DNA of 64,000 bases from Sphagnum compactum. Taxonomy: Eukaryota. Under the pieces are notes generated by a model. That model was not told the DNA's origin and made no database searches. It saw only the letters and a program-made list of their open reading frames with translations. The position numbers were made by a program, and so were the translations under genes. This document shows positions 49,476-62,599 of the stretch, piece by piece (within the stretch, counting starts at the first letter, position 1; every line of letters starts with the position of its first letter). The stretch covers positions 23,860,213 to 23,924,212 of the forward strand of contig OZ234493.1 in assembly GCA_965153455.1 (NCBI GenBank), written 5' to 3'.

Positions 49476-50759
49476 CACATTTTCATCAGTATTATTACTA
49501 TCAGCCTTTTTTTTTAACTGGCGAAAATGAAAATTCAAAATTCAAAAATGAAGTGGTTTTTTTGAAGGTTTTTAATCACCAGAAGTGAGGGAAAAAATGA
49601 GAAAGATTTGGCCAAAAAAATTTTATTTTCGTTTTTGGGTGTGTAGCCAAAGATATAGAAGGATGATTAAAGTTTTCTACTTCACATCTGGTTTATAGCC
49701 AGATTTGGCTAAATCTTCCTAAGTAGGTTTGCCATTTTGGCTACAAACAAAAATTCCTTTAAAAAACACTGATTACTATGATCCCATCAATTGTACATTT
49801 GGAAAATGCACGTAGAGAAAACTCAAGTCTTTTGTTGTTGTGTTTGTTTGTATGAGCAAAAAATGATGTGCTATTGTCTAATACTGTACCTTCCAATCAT
49901 TTTAATTTTTTTTGTATACACTTTTTTTTTGAAAATAAAAAATTTCTAATATAAAATTTGACAAAAAGTTGGGGGAAACTTTTGGATAGATGTGCTTTTC
50001 TAGTGTAAACTCAATTAATTTGGCTAATTGTTTTTGGAAAATTTAGCCAAAATTTTTATGTCAAAACTTCAAAGAAAAAACCCTGGTACGTGCCACTGAT
50101 AATCAGCATGTCAGGTCCATGAAATTGAATTCCTTCATTGGAGAGCATTTCAGGTGCAAATGGGTGAATTGTAGGATGGACGAACCCAAGATGAGTTTCA
50201 ATGGATGGAACCTTGATATGAATCAATTACAATGAACAAAACCCAGGTCAGTCACCAATGGATTGGAACTCTTTGCTGACTCCATTGTGGATGAATCTCA
50301 GCTGAGTTGATAGTAGGATTGATCCATCCTTCCACCATTCATCCATCCATCCATCCATCCACCCCTCATGTTGTGCCATAGCAGTTGGGTTCACTTTCAC
50401 TGTACTCCACAGTACGTGAAAGTAAGTGTTGTTGTCGGAACAACAAAGGGATGTGCACAAAGGAACAAAAGGAAGCCGTGCAAATTTGCTTTTGAAAGGT
50501 TGCTACATGAAAGAGAGTACAATAGTGATCACGAAACTTTGTTTTTTTCCTTTCGGGAAGGAGCCACTTTTGATTGGCCCATCTCCAAAAAAATTATTGA
50601 GGACATTAGACATGCCCCCCAAGACCATGAAGCTTTTGGTGTTGTAAAGGTTCTATGCAAGAAAGAAAGTCTCCTTGTTCTGCACAATCTGGGTGGCATT
50701 CCAAGAGGGAGACTTTGGCCAATGCACTTGGGAGTTGAAGAGTTTTTAGTTTATACGGT

Positions 50760-50894
50760 TTAGGGTTTCAGTCCCTCTTTTACTAATGTGTACCTGTTTT
50801 AGGGTTTAGGGTTTTAGTTGATGCACAAACCCTAAACCCTAATGTGAAACCCTAAACAGGTAGGTACACATTAGTGGATGGACTGAAACCCTAA
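50760..50894. repeat. Fold-back (hairpin) element built from plant telomeric TTTAGGG/CCCTAAA repeats
   Basis: TTAGGGTTTCAGTCC (50760-50774) is the perfect reverse complement of 50880-50894; ACTAATGTGTACCT pairs with AGGTACACATTAGT; inner TTTAGGG units pair with CCCTAAA units. Confidence 0.8.
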
Positions 50895-53344
50895 TAAGTC
50901 CATGCCTAAACCCTAATGTGTACCTGTTTTATTGTTCAGATGGGGAAGGGCTGTTAGACCCAGTTAAAGGGGTGAAGTACAAATGGGCCACCACAAACAA
51001 CAGAAACTTACAAAGCAAGTTCAAAAGATTTGCTTGTCTGAGCACCCCACGAGAAAAGATCCCTTCCCACACAAAAGAAGACTATTTTTTGCACTAGACA
51101 ACAAAAACAACAAAAGCATACATATACTATTTGGTTTGGTTTGGTTTGGGGAAGAGTGATAAGATGTCATACTCCCCCAAGATCATCAAACTTCATGGGC
51201 TTGTTGTATTGTGCTTTGCATGGTTTTGTGTAAAATCAAATGGTTCATATTCTAATGACTTGCATTTTTTTTAAATGATAGGTTGTGACTTGCAAGTCCC
51301 CCACCACCACCGCCGCCACCGAGGTAAACTAGGATCCAGTTATTATCACTAGCTTATTATTTCTTGTTTATTTCTTACTATTCAAAACAACTACATGTAT
51401 TGGATTTGCAATTTCTTTTTACCGTTTCAAATTATTAGTCAAACATTACAACATAACTGCACAAGGCACCATAGTGCTTGTTCTAACACTTTTTTTGCCA
51501 CCTTTGCAAAGTTTGGATGGGGTGTTTAGTATCTTGTGCAAGAGTGAGGAGGAGGGGGTAGAAGAAGCTCCCAAAACTTCCTTTGTTGCCTCCAATGTTC
51601 AAAGTTCAAACAACATTGCACAAGATTAATTGGCTTAGTGCCAAGAAAAAAATGGGGGTACTTAGAGCCATCATATGTGTCAAAGCTTTGTCAACTTTAC
51701 ATTGTTTGGGTGGATGCAATTTTGGGGCTGAATGGGGGACCAATTTGTACATGAGAGCTGAACACCTAAGTTGTAACTCTCCTCTGAGATGTTGCGATTT
51801 GCAATTAAAGTTTCATTTTGGCATCCAAAATTACCTAACAATAGTGTAAGCCAAAGGAGGAAAAAAAAATTAATTCGAATTTTTTAATAGAAAATTTCAC
51901 AGAATTTTCCCCAAAATCAGCAAAATTAGTTCAATTACACTAGAAAAAATAATCCAAACTTTTTTCAAACCCTTTTGTCAAGAAAAAGAAAATAATTTGT
52001 CCAAAACCACATCACGAGTTACTTACAACAAATGTTTCATCATGGTCACTCATGATTTTGTTTCAACTTGCCAGGACAAGGCAGAGCTATTCCGCACTAT
52101 GGAATGGTGAAGTCCCTACCCATTATGTTGGGTAAGGTGACAAGCAAGCCTATTAAGCAATGCACTCAACATAATGGGCAAGGGTGGGGCCATAACATGA
52201 CATAATGGTCTAGGGTGGCAGATTCAACAGTTTGGAATTTCAAAAAACCTTGTTCAACATATATTTTGGTCACCGGTGTGAATATATATGATCATCAGCA
52301 GAAGGTTACAACATATAATGTCATCAAGAAAATGACATAATCGGAGCCATAATGTCTTGTGCCATTATGGACATGAGAGGTGTATCAGTTGTCGATATCA
52401 CCCACGAATCCATCCATCCATCCTTCCATCCATCCATTTATCCACAATGATGATACTGCACATCCTTTGAAATTGCACAATTTGCACATCATTCTTCCCA
52501 CAATCCTTTCACATGGATTCTACCCCCAATTTATACATACACACGTCTCATACCTATGACTACTAACTACTCATGTTTGACACAAAATAATTCTCAAAAG
52601 GTCTACCCAAAAAAAAAGAAGAGAAAATTGTATTGATGTTTGTTGAAATCGTTAAGAATTGAATTCCCAACTTGTGAAGGAATATTTATTGCCTCAACCA
52701 TTGGGTTATATTACAAATACACAACACAAGGTGTACTTTGCATATCCATTCTTCAATTGTTGAAATTTTGGAAATAAAATTTGAATTGTTGAACCTTGTT
52801 TTCTAAAATTTTAAAAAAATTTGACAAAGAAATGCCAATTATCAATCATAGGCACATTATTATATATATATATATAGATATAGAAAAAAATCATCGACAC
52901 CAACAACAACAATCCTACCCCATCCCCCTACCCACCTACCCATCTACTCCTACAACACACAACTTGTTTTCAGTATTAAGGAAAACATAAGAAAAGACAA
53001 AGGAGACCTACATCCAACATGAGCACTAGTGATGTTGTTCTTGTTGTTTATGCAAGCAGAAGAAGCTCTCCCTAACCCCCCTCAATCTGATAGGTTTTTT
53101 CATATTTAAGAAACCTACTTCCATCCACAGAGGATTAGAACCTTAAAGCTTATGATCATGTCTCCAGGGTTGATGGATGGATGGTTCACTGATATATCCC
53201 TAGGACCTCCAACTGGTCCTCCATTCAAACCTGGTGTTGTGTAGCTGAAACTCCTGGCTGGCCCTCTCTCTGCCAATGAGCTTGACCTGGGGTTGCCAAT
53301 GGCTTATCAGGTCAGGGCTTTTGTCAAGTGTGGGAAAGCCATTT

Positions 53345-53690
53345 TTGGGTTTTTTTTCAAGCTGTTCCCAATGTGTTCTCATAATGTTTCCATGGGGTTC
53401 TCCAAGTTCCCAAGTTGTTGCGCCAAGATGTTCTCAATAGCACCTTAGTTTTATCCCATATGGTTTGCCCAAAGTTCAACTCCCATGTATATAATTGAAA
53501 AGGTGACACATAGGGGAGCACATTTGCTTCTATTTTACAACTTGAGGTCCAAAGAGATGTTTCGATTGGGGAGTAAACAATGTTAAAAAAAATAAAAATG
53601 GTTATGGGCCCAATTACTATGGCCCCTTCTGAAAAAGAAAAAGAAAAAAAGTGTGAGTGCACCTATGAACTCTCATTAATATGAATCACA
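53345..53690 (+). repeat. Copy of a dispersed SINE-like repeat ending ...GCACC..AACT(..)ATTAATATGAATCA
   Basis: The same 3' module (GGGC.AAT.A...GG..C...A-run...ACTAATTAAT..GAAT) recurs at ~1-80, ~270-350 and ~17370-17450. Class not determined. Confidence 0.5.
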
Positions 53691-54939
53691 TTATATCACA
53701 CAATTCACAAACAAAGATCAAGACACAATGAAGAGAAATTCCCAAGAGGAAAATCCTTTTCCAGGGAGTTCAACTCAGTGCCCTAGAAACTAAAGAGAAT
53801 ATCACAGGCATATGGTTCTGGTTTGGGATCACAAGGATCCTTTTAGTGTACTAACCTCATTATGCAGGAGGACAAAAGAAATAGCATGACAGGTTAGAGG
53901 TAATAATGCTAAGCATGGGTATCACTTATGGGTAAATTGGCATCAAATAAACATGATCTAGGTTATCAATCTTGTATAGAGTTTTAGAGTAGTTCACCAT
54001 TCTCTTCGGTAGAAATATCACTTTTTGTGTGAGTTTAGATTGTTAGCTTGCCTATGGCACTATTAATTAGTGTATAATTCATTATCAAATAGTGTGTGGC
54101 ATTATCAAACATGCTTATAGTCCAACCTATGGCACTATTGGCCAAATGTTGTATAGTGCCAAGGTGTTGATAGCAAACTATTTAAACCAACACAAATGCC
54201 AACATGGTTAAAGAGAACTAGGGGTTGACAAGTGGCAAGTGGGGGGGGAAGCCCATTCTTTTAGAAGTTTCTCAAGAACTTTGAGTGGAGCTTCTCCACT
54301 TTGTTCAATGTTTTGTGAAAATGATTTTTGGCTTAGTGAAAAGGAGGCGATGTGGAGATAGTGATGGGGGAGAAGTTGCTCAAGCTTTTGGAGGTGAGGG
54401 TGATCCTTCATGGTGGCCAAAGAAAAAGAAAACAAGTTTTATGAAAATGACAAGAAAAGGAGATAAAGAAAAAGGTGTAGGGATTTAAAAGTTTTTTTGT
54501 TACAAGTTTTGTGTACATAATTTTCTTAAGATGGCAAGAGGAGGAAAGAAACTCCCAAAATGTGCATATGTAGATGGTATGTTTGAGTTCTTTCATCTCT
54601 AATTTTTATGTTTTGAAGATGAAAGAAAGAGGGGAGGAGAAGAAAATGAGGGTTTAAATTTATGGGGTTTCTGAAATCCCTTTCTCCAATCAATCAATCT
54701 CTTTCTCTCTTTCTTTCCTCTTGAAAAACACCCAATATGCCAATCCTTTTTGTCTTTGAGAACAAAGTTGAAAGCAATATGCAAAACCCACCACCCACTT
54801 CTTGGAATGGCCCAATGCATAAGTAGTGATAACAAGCGTGGGCATGTCTAAACATTTCATTTCTACCATGAGGGGTAGAATCTCGTAGACATTTACTACA
54901 ACTACAATAGGAGAAAACCACATTGACATTGGGAAGTTT

Positions 54940-57135
54940 CAAAAGTTTGTCGCCTCATTAATTCGGTGTGGCAATCAGAGGTGGACCATTCAAAGTAATG
55001 ATTTGTGGTGTCTGAACTACTTTAAACATCCATCATGAGTAGGTGATACTACAAGTGGACGTTGGAAATGGTTTCAACACCATATTCCAAAGAGCCATAT
55101 TTTAAGAGCTTTGTGTGACAAAAGGTTAATTGTCTCGGCTTTTACCCTTTGTCTAGTCTTTTTATGTTTAACAAGTTCCTTTTTATTTCAATCACCACTC
55201 CACTTCCATAGAATTGTTTGTCATCCATTCTTTGGTGGGCATGCACCAAGGTGATCCATTCACTAAACCTCTTTTTGCTTTAACCCACTTTTGTGCATTA
55301 CAATGTTTTGCAAGGGTTTTCCCATCTTTCATTTTCCTTTCCTTTACCAATGACACTCACATCATTGGCCTTTCTTCTATCGTTCCTTGCACTTTTCAAC
55401 ATTTTGTTTTTTAGTTGGCATCTATGGGGCTTGTGGTCCAACCTTGCAACTGCATGGCTTGGCCACCTTTTGGTTTGTCTCCCAACTTTTTACCTCTTAC
55501 CAATTTTTGTTGTCATTTTAATGGTATCAGGGTTTTGGGTGTCCCATTTGGTTATACATTTTTTACTTCTTCTTTTTTTCAAAACGCATTAGAAAAAAAT
55601 GTTTACCATGTAGACATGATTTCAACATTAAAGGATGTCTAGGTAGCTTTTTGGATCATTTTTTAGTGTTTCACCCAAAAACCTTCCTATTTGTTTCGTT
55701 TTTCCCTTCATCTATCAATCTTTCAACACTAACTCACATATTTTGACATGACCTTCATGCAAACTTTTGGGAAGCTCCTATTAAGCTCAAGCTCTTTGGA
55801 CTACCCATAGGCCCCTTTTAGTGTGTCGACAAAAAAAATTCCCCCATTTCTTGTTGGGGATCGACCTCATTTCCACAAAGTTCAATGTGCCAATGCGCTA
55901 CTTGGGGAGTTAGGCATTTGTTGTAGCTATCATTGCCACCATGTTCTTATCAAATCATCGCTTTTTTTTATAAGAGGCAATAGGTGCTAGTAGTTTTGGT
56001 TCAGTCCCCTTCCATGCCCACTTGAGGTCGATGTGGGAACTCCTTCCTTTGGATATGGTGGTTTGTGTTCCCCCTTTGGCACAATTGGAGTAAATCGACT
56101 TCAAGAGAGCATTTTAAATAGATTGCAGGACCTTTCCTTCTCCAACATCATCTCTAACATGGCTTTTAATTCACATCGGGTGTAGTTGAAATATTGTGTA
56201 GGCCTAGAGGTGGGTGCGTGGCTTTTTGCCCACCCAACCATTCCATCTCTCCATTTGGCCTCAGATGTTTTCTCCTTTACACTACGCACTAGGTTAAGCC
56301 TCCCCCATCCTTTAGCCCTCAATTTAACTCATTTCAATTGTGGTCAATTTTTAGATCTAGTGAAGACCTACCCTTTCCATTACGCCCATGGTGGGGAATT
56401 GATTGTTTCTCATGACACCATTCGGGATGGCTTCACATGCATTGTGAGAGACATGAAGTTTCATGTTTCACATGAACAAACTCATGTCCTTCTATCACCT
56501 TCCTTTCAAACTCTTCATTAGCAAGTTGACATCGTATTATCTATTGATGGCACTCACACCTTTGCCGATGTTGTCATTGCCACTCTCATCCAAATCAATT
56601 TGGTTTTTTATGTTGTTTCATTTCATGGGGTGGATATGATATGGCAACTCAAGCAAAGGAAAGACCTTACCATGATCAGCATTTGACAACTTGCATTCTT
56701 CCCCTTACAATGGAGGTTTTTGGTTGCCAACATCAACAAATGGATGGTTTTTTTCATTGATGTGCTAACATGGTGTGGTAAGTAAAGGCCTTTAGTGGCC
56801 CTCCTTTGGCCATTTTGTGCACCTTTTATAAGCAAAAGGTGTCAATAGCTTTGCAAAAAGCATAAGGCATTTTTATTTTGAGATGCATTATCGTTGCAAG
56901 TGAGGACTCTTCTAGGCTTACTATTATTTCAAGTTTTCCATCCTTTTTTTGGTTCTAATATGTTTTTTGCAACTAATGGGGGCTTTGGAACATGATTTTT
57001 TCCTTTACCCTTTTTTTATCCTTCTATGGGTCAAGTTCATTGTTTTGGCTCGGACTCAAGTCCTTCACCTTTGTCCTTTCTTTTTGCACTTTGTTGGATA
57101 TTTTGTTTAATGGAGTTTGCCAAAGTTTCATCACC
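54940..57135 (+). mobile_element. Decayed CRE-like non-LTR retrotransposon (5'-truncated)
   Basis: QVDVGNGFNTI, GMHQGDPF..PLFAL, FTNDTHI, VLGVPFG, AGAWL-like VGAWL, LRTRLSLPHP...CGQ.LD......HGGE....HD, VDIVL; 3' end CAAAGTTTCATCACC. Confidence 0.8.
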
Positions 57136-60100
57136 TTAAAGGGTTTTTAGAAGTTCTTAGACATGTTGTTTCTTAGTTGGAAGAAACTAGATGGGGAGAA
57201 GAACCTTTTGATTTTTGTCATTGTGGAGTTTGAAATTAGGGTTTCAAGTTGGGGTGTTGTGAGATGCTCAAACAGAACATGTATTTGACATTTCAAAATG
57301 AAGTAAAGCAAAGGGGAGGTTGTTGTGGGTATGTGGAGTAAGTAAAATTAATAGATATCACAGTACAGTTATTTTGGTAAATTTTCTTGTGGTTGTTGAT
57401 TGAATGTTGAAGATTTGAAGACTATCAACATTTGGACAAATAATAAACAACGGTAAAAAAAAGGATCCATGGTGGTAATATTTTGGATTCAATTCAAGTA
57501 GGTTAGAGAGAAAAATCCTTCAAGTTAAACATTGGGTTAAATCCACATCCAACAAATGACATCATCTTATAATAAAATTTGGTTGAATTTTTAAGGCGTA
57601 TTTGGAGGCTACATTACAAAACACAAATTTACTTCCAAGAGGCAAACAATTTGAAAAATGAATCATTTTTTGAAATGTTCACCTCTCATTTTAAAACATT
57701 TTTTAATGTGACCACCACTACTATCATTGAAAAAACTGGACCAAGTTTTTACACTTGGCAAAACTTTTGGCAACAAGTTTTACCAAAATCAATTAAACCC
57801 TAAACCATTTATCAATTGGACCATAATTTGTCTTTATTAATCTACTAATCCACATAATGATTCCATAATTGAAACACAAAAAATAATATAAGAAATTATA
57901 TTGTATTTGCAAATTGCATTATAAAATGTAAAAATTCATGAGGCATTTCAAAAGATGGAATGCTTACAAGAATTGATGTTCTATTTTTCTTACAAGCATT
58001 CCATTTTCCAAAATGACTCACATAATTTTTTTCTTTTTTCCTCATGCATGATATCCTATGGGTACCCATCGAAAACAACAAAAACCAATTTTTTATTTTA
58101 TTGTGGCACTTTATTTCAAATTAATGCCTTTGGAACAACATGTGGCCAAAATAAACACCCTTCAACTCCACTCAAGTGTTGCTTATTTGGGAACACCCCA
58201 CTCCTTGGGCTTTATTTACATATTACAACATGACTCAAGACATACATCACAAACTTACCAAGCTTCACAGGTTCATACAAATTTTGTGCAAAATCTTGTT
58301 TTCACAGGTTTGTACAAAAATTGCAATTTTGTGTTATGGTTAATATGAATTATATTTGTATGTATTCAATATCTTAAATATTCAAATGGATGAGAATTTT
58401 TTTTTGAATGACATACATGAATGCTTGTGTTTAATACACAAAAATCACATAGTTTTATTCAAAATTACATCATGATAACTGTACAAATTTAGTTAAAATG
58501 TAAATCATACATACTTCATATCAAAACATCACAAGTAAAAAATATCATTTATATAAAAGTAACATGTATTTTTTCGTGCCATCTTTACTGTTTGAAACCT
58601 ATGGATTTTGCACGGACATATTGTTTTACGATTTTCACATGGATTCTATTGAAATTTTGTGATATTGTAAGTTTGTGATGATTAATCTTTTAATTCAAAT
58701 ACATAATTCCCAAAACCATAAGATTACATTACCTATGTTATGTGATGCATTTAAGGATGTGAGAACCAAACCAAAGCACCCCAAAAAAAGTTTTTATTCA
58801 CACAAAATTCAAACTCAATAATGTCATCATGGAATCACAAATTGATAAGCTTAGTTGAGCTATAGTTAAACCATTTTGTTGATTTTTGGTTTACATCATT
58901 TGTTTTACTTATATTATAACATGAAAATCACATATGGAAATTGTTCATCTTATTTTGTTTCTCAAGATGGATTGCTCATTATTGTGGTACTAGTTCTCAA
59001 AGAAGTAAAAATAATTGATATTGGTTTTGCCATTGATATTGAAACAACAATATCAATTGTAAAATTTTGTATCCCCATGAGGGAAACAAAATTAAATTAT
59101 TATTGTAAATCCCCTTAAATAATGTTGTGAAGGCACTTTGAGATCTTGCAAACAATCACAAACACAATCCTTTCATAGTTATTTGTCAAAGGAAGTTATT
59201 TCCATTTTTTTCCAAATAATGCGCAAAAAATTAGGATACAATCTATTGAAAAATATATAATTTATAATTTCTTTACATGTAAATAAGGGTGTTTAAAATT
59301 GCAGTATGATAATGTGTTTAAAATATTATCAATTATAATTTTAAAAAATGACCTTGAGTGTGGATTTGGTTTTTAGAAAAACTTGAAAGTGAAAGTTTCA
59401 TGTCTCCCCCCTTTTTTTCATGTGTAATGTTGGCCTCCATTCTTGTCTTGCCTTTTTTGTTTTGTCATGTGATGTTTCATCAAGTTCATGTCCCAATTAA
59501 TTTGTTGATTATTATTAGGAATTCAAGTGTGGCCCTTCCCCAACATAAGATCCCATGTTTTGCATGCGAGGCCTTATTTATGCATCTAGGTTTAGCTCAT
59601 CACCAAAAGCATTATTGGGCTTTTTGTATTTTAGCCTCAGGTGGTGGGGAGGTGCCCTTAGTTCCTTTTTAGGCCCCTTCCCCTCCCCCATTGTGAGCCA
59701 TACCGACACAACCATGTGTAGTAGTCTCAATTTTTTAGAATTGCATCAGGGTTATTTGACTGGAGTAAGGTTGTTAAGGGCTTTTAGCGACTTCATTGGG
59801 AATGATGAATGCCCTGGGTGCATAGGGGGTTTGTTTTCTTTTCTGAAACGCGTTATTGATGAATAAGGAGTTGGATTAGTTCTTTCTTCAACGAAGGCTT
59901 ATAACCATAGTTTTAGAAATTCTGTTGCGTAATTAGGGGTGAGAAATCTCTAGAGGGTCGAGGGTAGAAGTAGACACCAAAGTTAGCGGCGTTCAACACA
60001 ACATTAGTTTTGTTATGGAATTTAGGGAGTAGCAAGCCTGTTAGAAATTCTCGAAGCAATTGAAAGGGTGTTAATGAAAGGTCTGATAGAGATAGAACAA

Positions 60101-60280
60101 TCTTCAAGCCGTTGAACATAAGGTTAATTCTAGGCAACTCAACGATTAAATAGATAGTATGATAGTGTGCCAGTGGCAACAGGAATCTAACGATAACTGA
60201 AACATTTATTTAGAATAAGGTTAAGCTCAGCGAGGAGTTGCAAGTACATTTAAAATTCTGGGCTATGCCATAGTGATAGT

Positions 60281-60703
60281 TCACAACTGCAAGAAATCTA
60301 GGATGCGTCGGATGGTGTGAACTAGGTAGTCCGCCTTGCTATTAGGAGACAGTCGACGAATCGGACCGCGCAACCAACGATAATGTCCAACACCGGGAAC
60401 TGAAAACCATGCGAAGATAGAAGTATCTTCAGTTTCGTAACAACCTTCACAAACGGTCTCGGGTTCGTCACCAGAAGCGGGGTCGACTTGCAGCAAGATC
60501 ACCAAGGTGCAAGAGTTCGGAGAAATACGATAGTACCAGGCTCGAGGGGGTTCAACTTCAAGACGAGCACGCACCTCTCAAGCTTCGGGTTCTTCGTCAC
60601 GAGGATGTTGTGTCAGGGTAAGATCTAGAGATGAATCCAGAGGCAGTTCTTCATTCGCTTGTGCGGCTTGCGGCCCGTAAGATGTGACCGTGCGCGATGC
60701 CAT
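60281..60703 (-). pseudogene. Orphan 140-codon ORF with one in-frame TGA (60578-60580); product unknown
   Basis: ATG at 60703 is in frame with ORF 60281-60574. The single TGA can be explained as CGA>TGA. CpG-rich, protein-like composition; upstream TATAAAT (minus strand, 60797-60803). No family recognised. Confidence 0.4.
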
Positions 60704-60943
60704 AATTTCAAGGAGGGAAAAAAGGTCAAATCTTCAACCAAATCAAATCAACAATGAAGGTGCGAAGGACTTGATACATTAAAGTGCATAGTCGCAATTT
60801 ATAGATCGAAGAAAAGGAAAGAAGGCGTGAATAACTGCTTAAGGCCATGGTAAAGTAAAACCGTGAGGTCGACGAAAAAAATTGAAGGTTTAAGTAAGGT
60901 TGTTGGGGGGGAAATGGAAGAGGTGAAAAGGTATTTCTCCTTT

Positions 60944-61047
60944 ACCTTCCATTGGCCACCAAGCATGGAACCTTCCATTGGCCACCAAGCATGGAACCCT
61001 CCATTGGCCACCAAGCATGAACCTTCCATTGGCCACCAAGCTTTGAA
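60944..61047. repeat. Tandem 26-bp repeat x4 (ACCTTCCATTGGCCACCAAGCATGGA)
   Basis: Units start at 60944, 60970, 60996 and 61021; no spacers. Confidence 0.95.
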
Positions 61048-61300
61048 TCTACCTTCACCTCCCTTCTCCTTCTTTTTAAAAGGCGGACTCGGATCATTGG
61101 GGTCTCTTTCTTTGTCTCGGAAATAATTTTCATTCAATCTTGAATACTTGTTCTCACGAGCTTCTTGAAGAGGAAAAGAATGATTAGTCTTAGGAGAGGG
61201 GAGAAGGAAGGAAAGTAGAATGAAAATCTTGTAATAGTTTTGAAGGAATGGGGGTAGGTAGTGATAGTGTTGGAAGATTGAAACTTTAGAGAAATCTCAT

Positions 61301-61860
61301 AAATCCTCTCGGGTTTCATAGCATAATTTCTTGCTGGTTTAGCTGCAGAGCTTAAGATTTGGTAACAAAATGCGCCTTGTTGTTAGCTTTCTAATGAGCT
61401 ATAGCAAGCCGGATTTGGATACCATATGTGTTAGAAACAATATTCGGAGTGACTAGAGGTCTGTAGTCAAGTTGAACAACTGCCTTCGTAAAACCCTCTT
61501 GGGTTTGGTGGTATAACTCCTCACTGGTTTAGCTACAGATCTTGAGAGTTGGTAGAAAGGTGCACCTTGTTGTTAGCTTTCTAATGAGCTATAGCAAGTC
61601 GGATTTGGATACCATATGTGTTAGAAACAATATTCTGAGTGACTAGAGGTCTGTAGTCAAGTTGAACAACTGCCTTTGTAAAACCCTCTCGGGTTTGGTG
61701 GTATAACTCCTCATTGGTTTAGCTGCAGATCTTGGGATTTGGTAGGAAGGTGCGCCTGGTAGTTAGCTTTCCAATGAGCTAAGGCAAGCTGGATTTGAAT
61801 AATGTATGTGTTAGAAATGATGTTTTAAGTGACTGGTGGTCTGCAGTTATGTTGGACATG
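61301..61860. repeat. Tandem 190-bp repeat (~2.9 copies)
   Basis: (C/T)TGGTTTAGCT at 61334, 61524 and 61714; the first two units are nearly identical and the third decays. Confidence 0.9.
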
Positions 61861-62599
61861 GTGTTGAGTCTTGAACATTTGTTTGAATGAATGACAATTT
61901 GACACAAAGTCCTAGAATGTGTAGCGTGTGAGCTTGGAAAAAATATATCTATCAGTCCTAATCGTGAATGATGCATAGGAAGCAGGCTACTTAATTTCAA
62001 CTACAAACGCAATTTAACATATAGAATTACTCTTGCATCTTTCCTTCACCAATAGCTTTTGTGCTTCAAAGCATAGTCACCTTGTAGAACCGGGAGTAGA
62101 GGGACGAGAAGTCGCCTCACACCCATCAGCTTGGGTTTAGGTTTCAAACGCACATGGGCAGCAAAAGGGCGCATATGCTCGGACAAATGGAGGGCATGAG
62201 TTCGATAAGGACAACACACCAATCTAAACTCACTTGGGACATTCCATTTAGGATTCCCTCGACAATGTTTACATTCACATATCTTAGTGGTTTTGAAAAG
62301 TGATGTGTAAATTGATTTTTTTCCCCTTAAATTAGTGCCTAGTTTGATACCTTTGAAATGTTGTTGCTAAACATTTGTTTTTTTTTTTCCCACAATGTTG
62401 TCTTCTCCTCCCCTCTCAAAAATGAATTGTTGGACATATAAAGTCTAAGGCATGTTTGCAACATTTTCTTTTAAGAAATTAAGAGGAGTTTCAAGTGGAT
62501 CATTTACTTTGCACCCAAGCATTTATTGCATCATTATACTTTGAAACAAGCCCCTTTCAAAAGGTGTATCCCCTTTGGTTTCCACCCTATCCGAACCTT

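Noticed and set aside
60944-61047. 26-bp repeats as a CRISPR array
   Set aside because: Units are contiguous with no unique spacers, the context is eukaryotic and there are no cas-like ORFs. The same applies to the 60-, 155- and 190-bp arrays.
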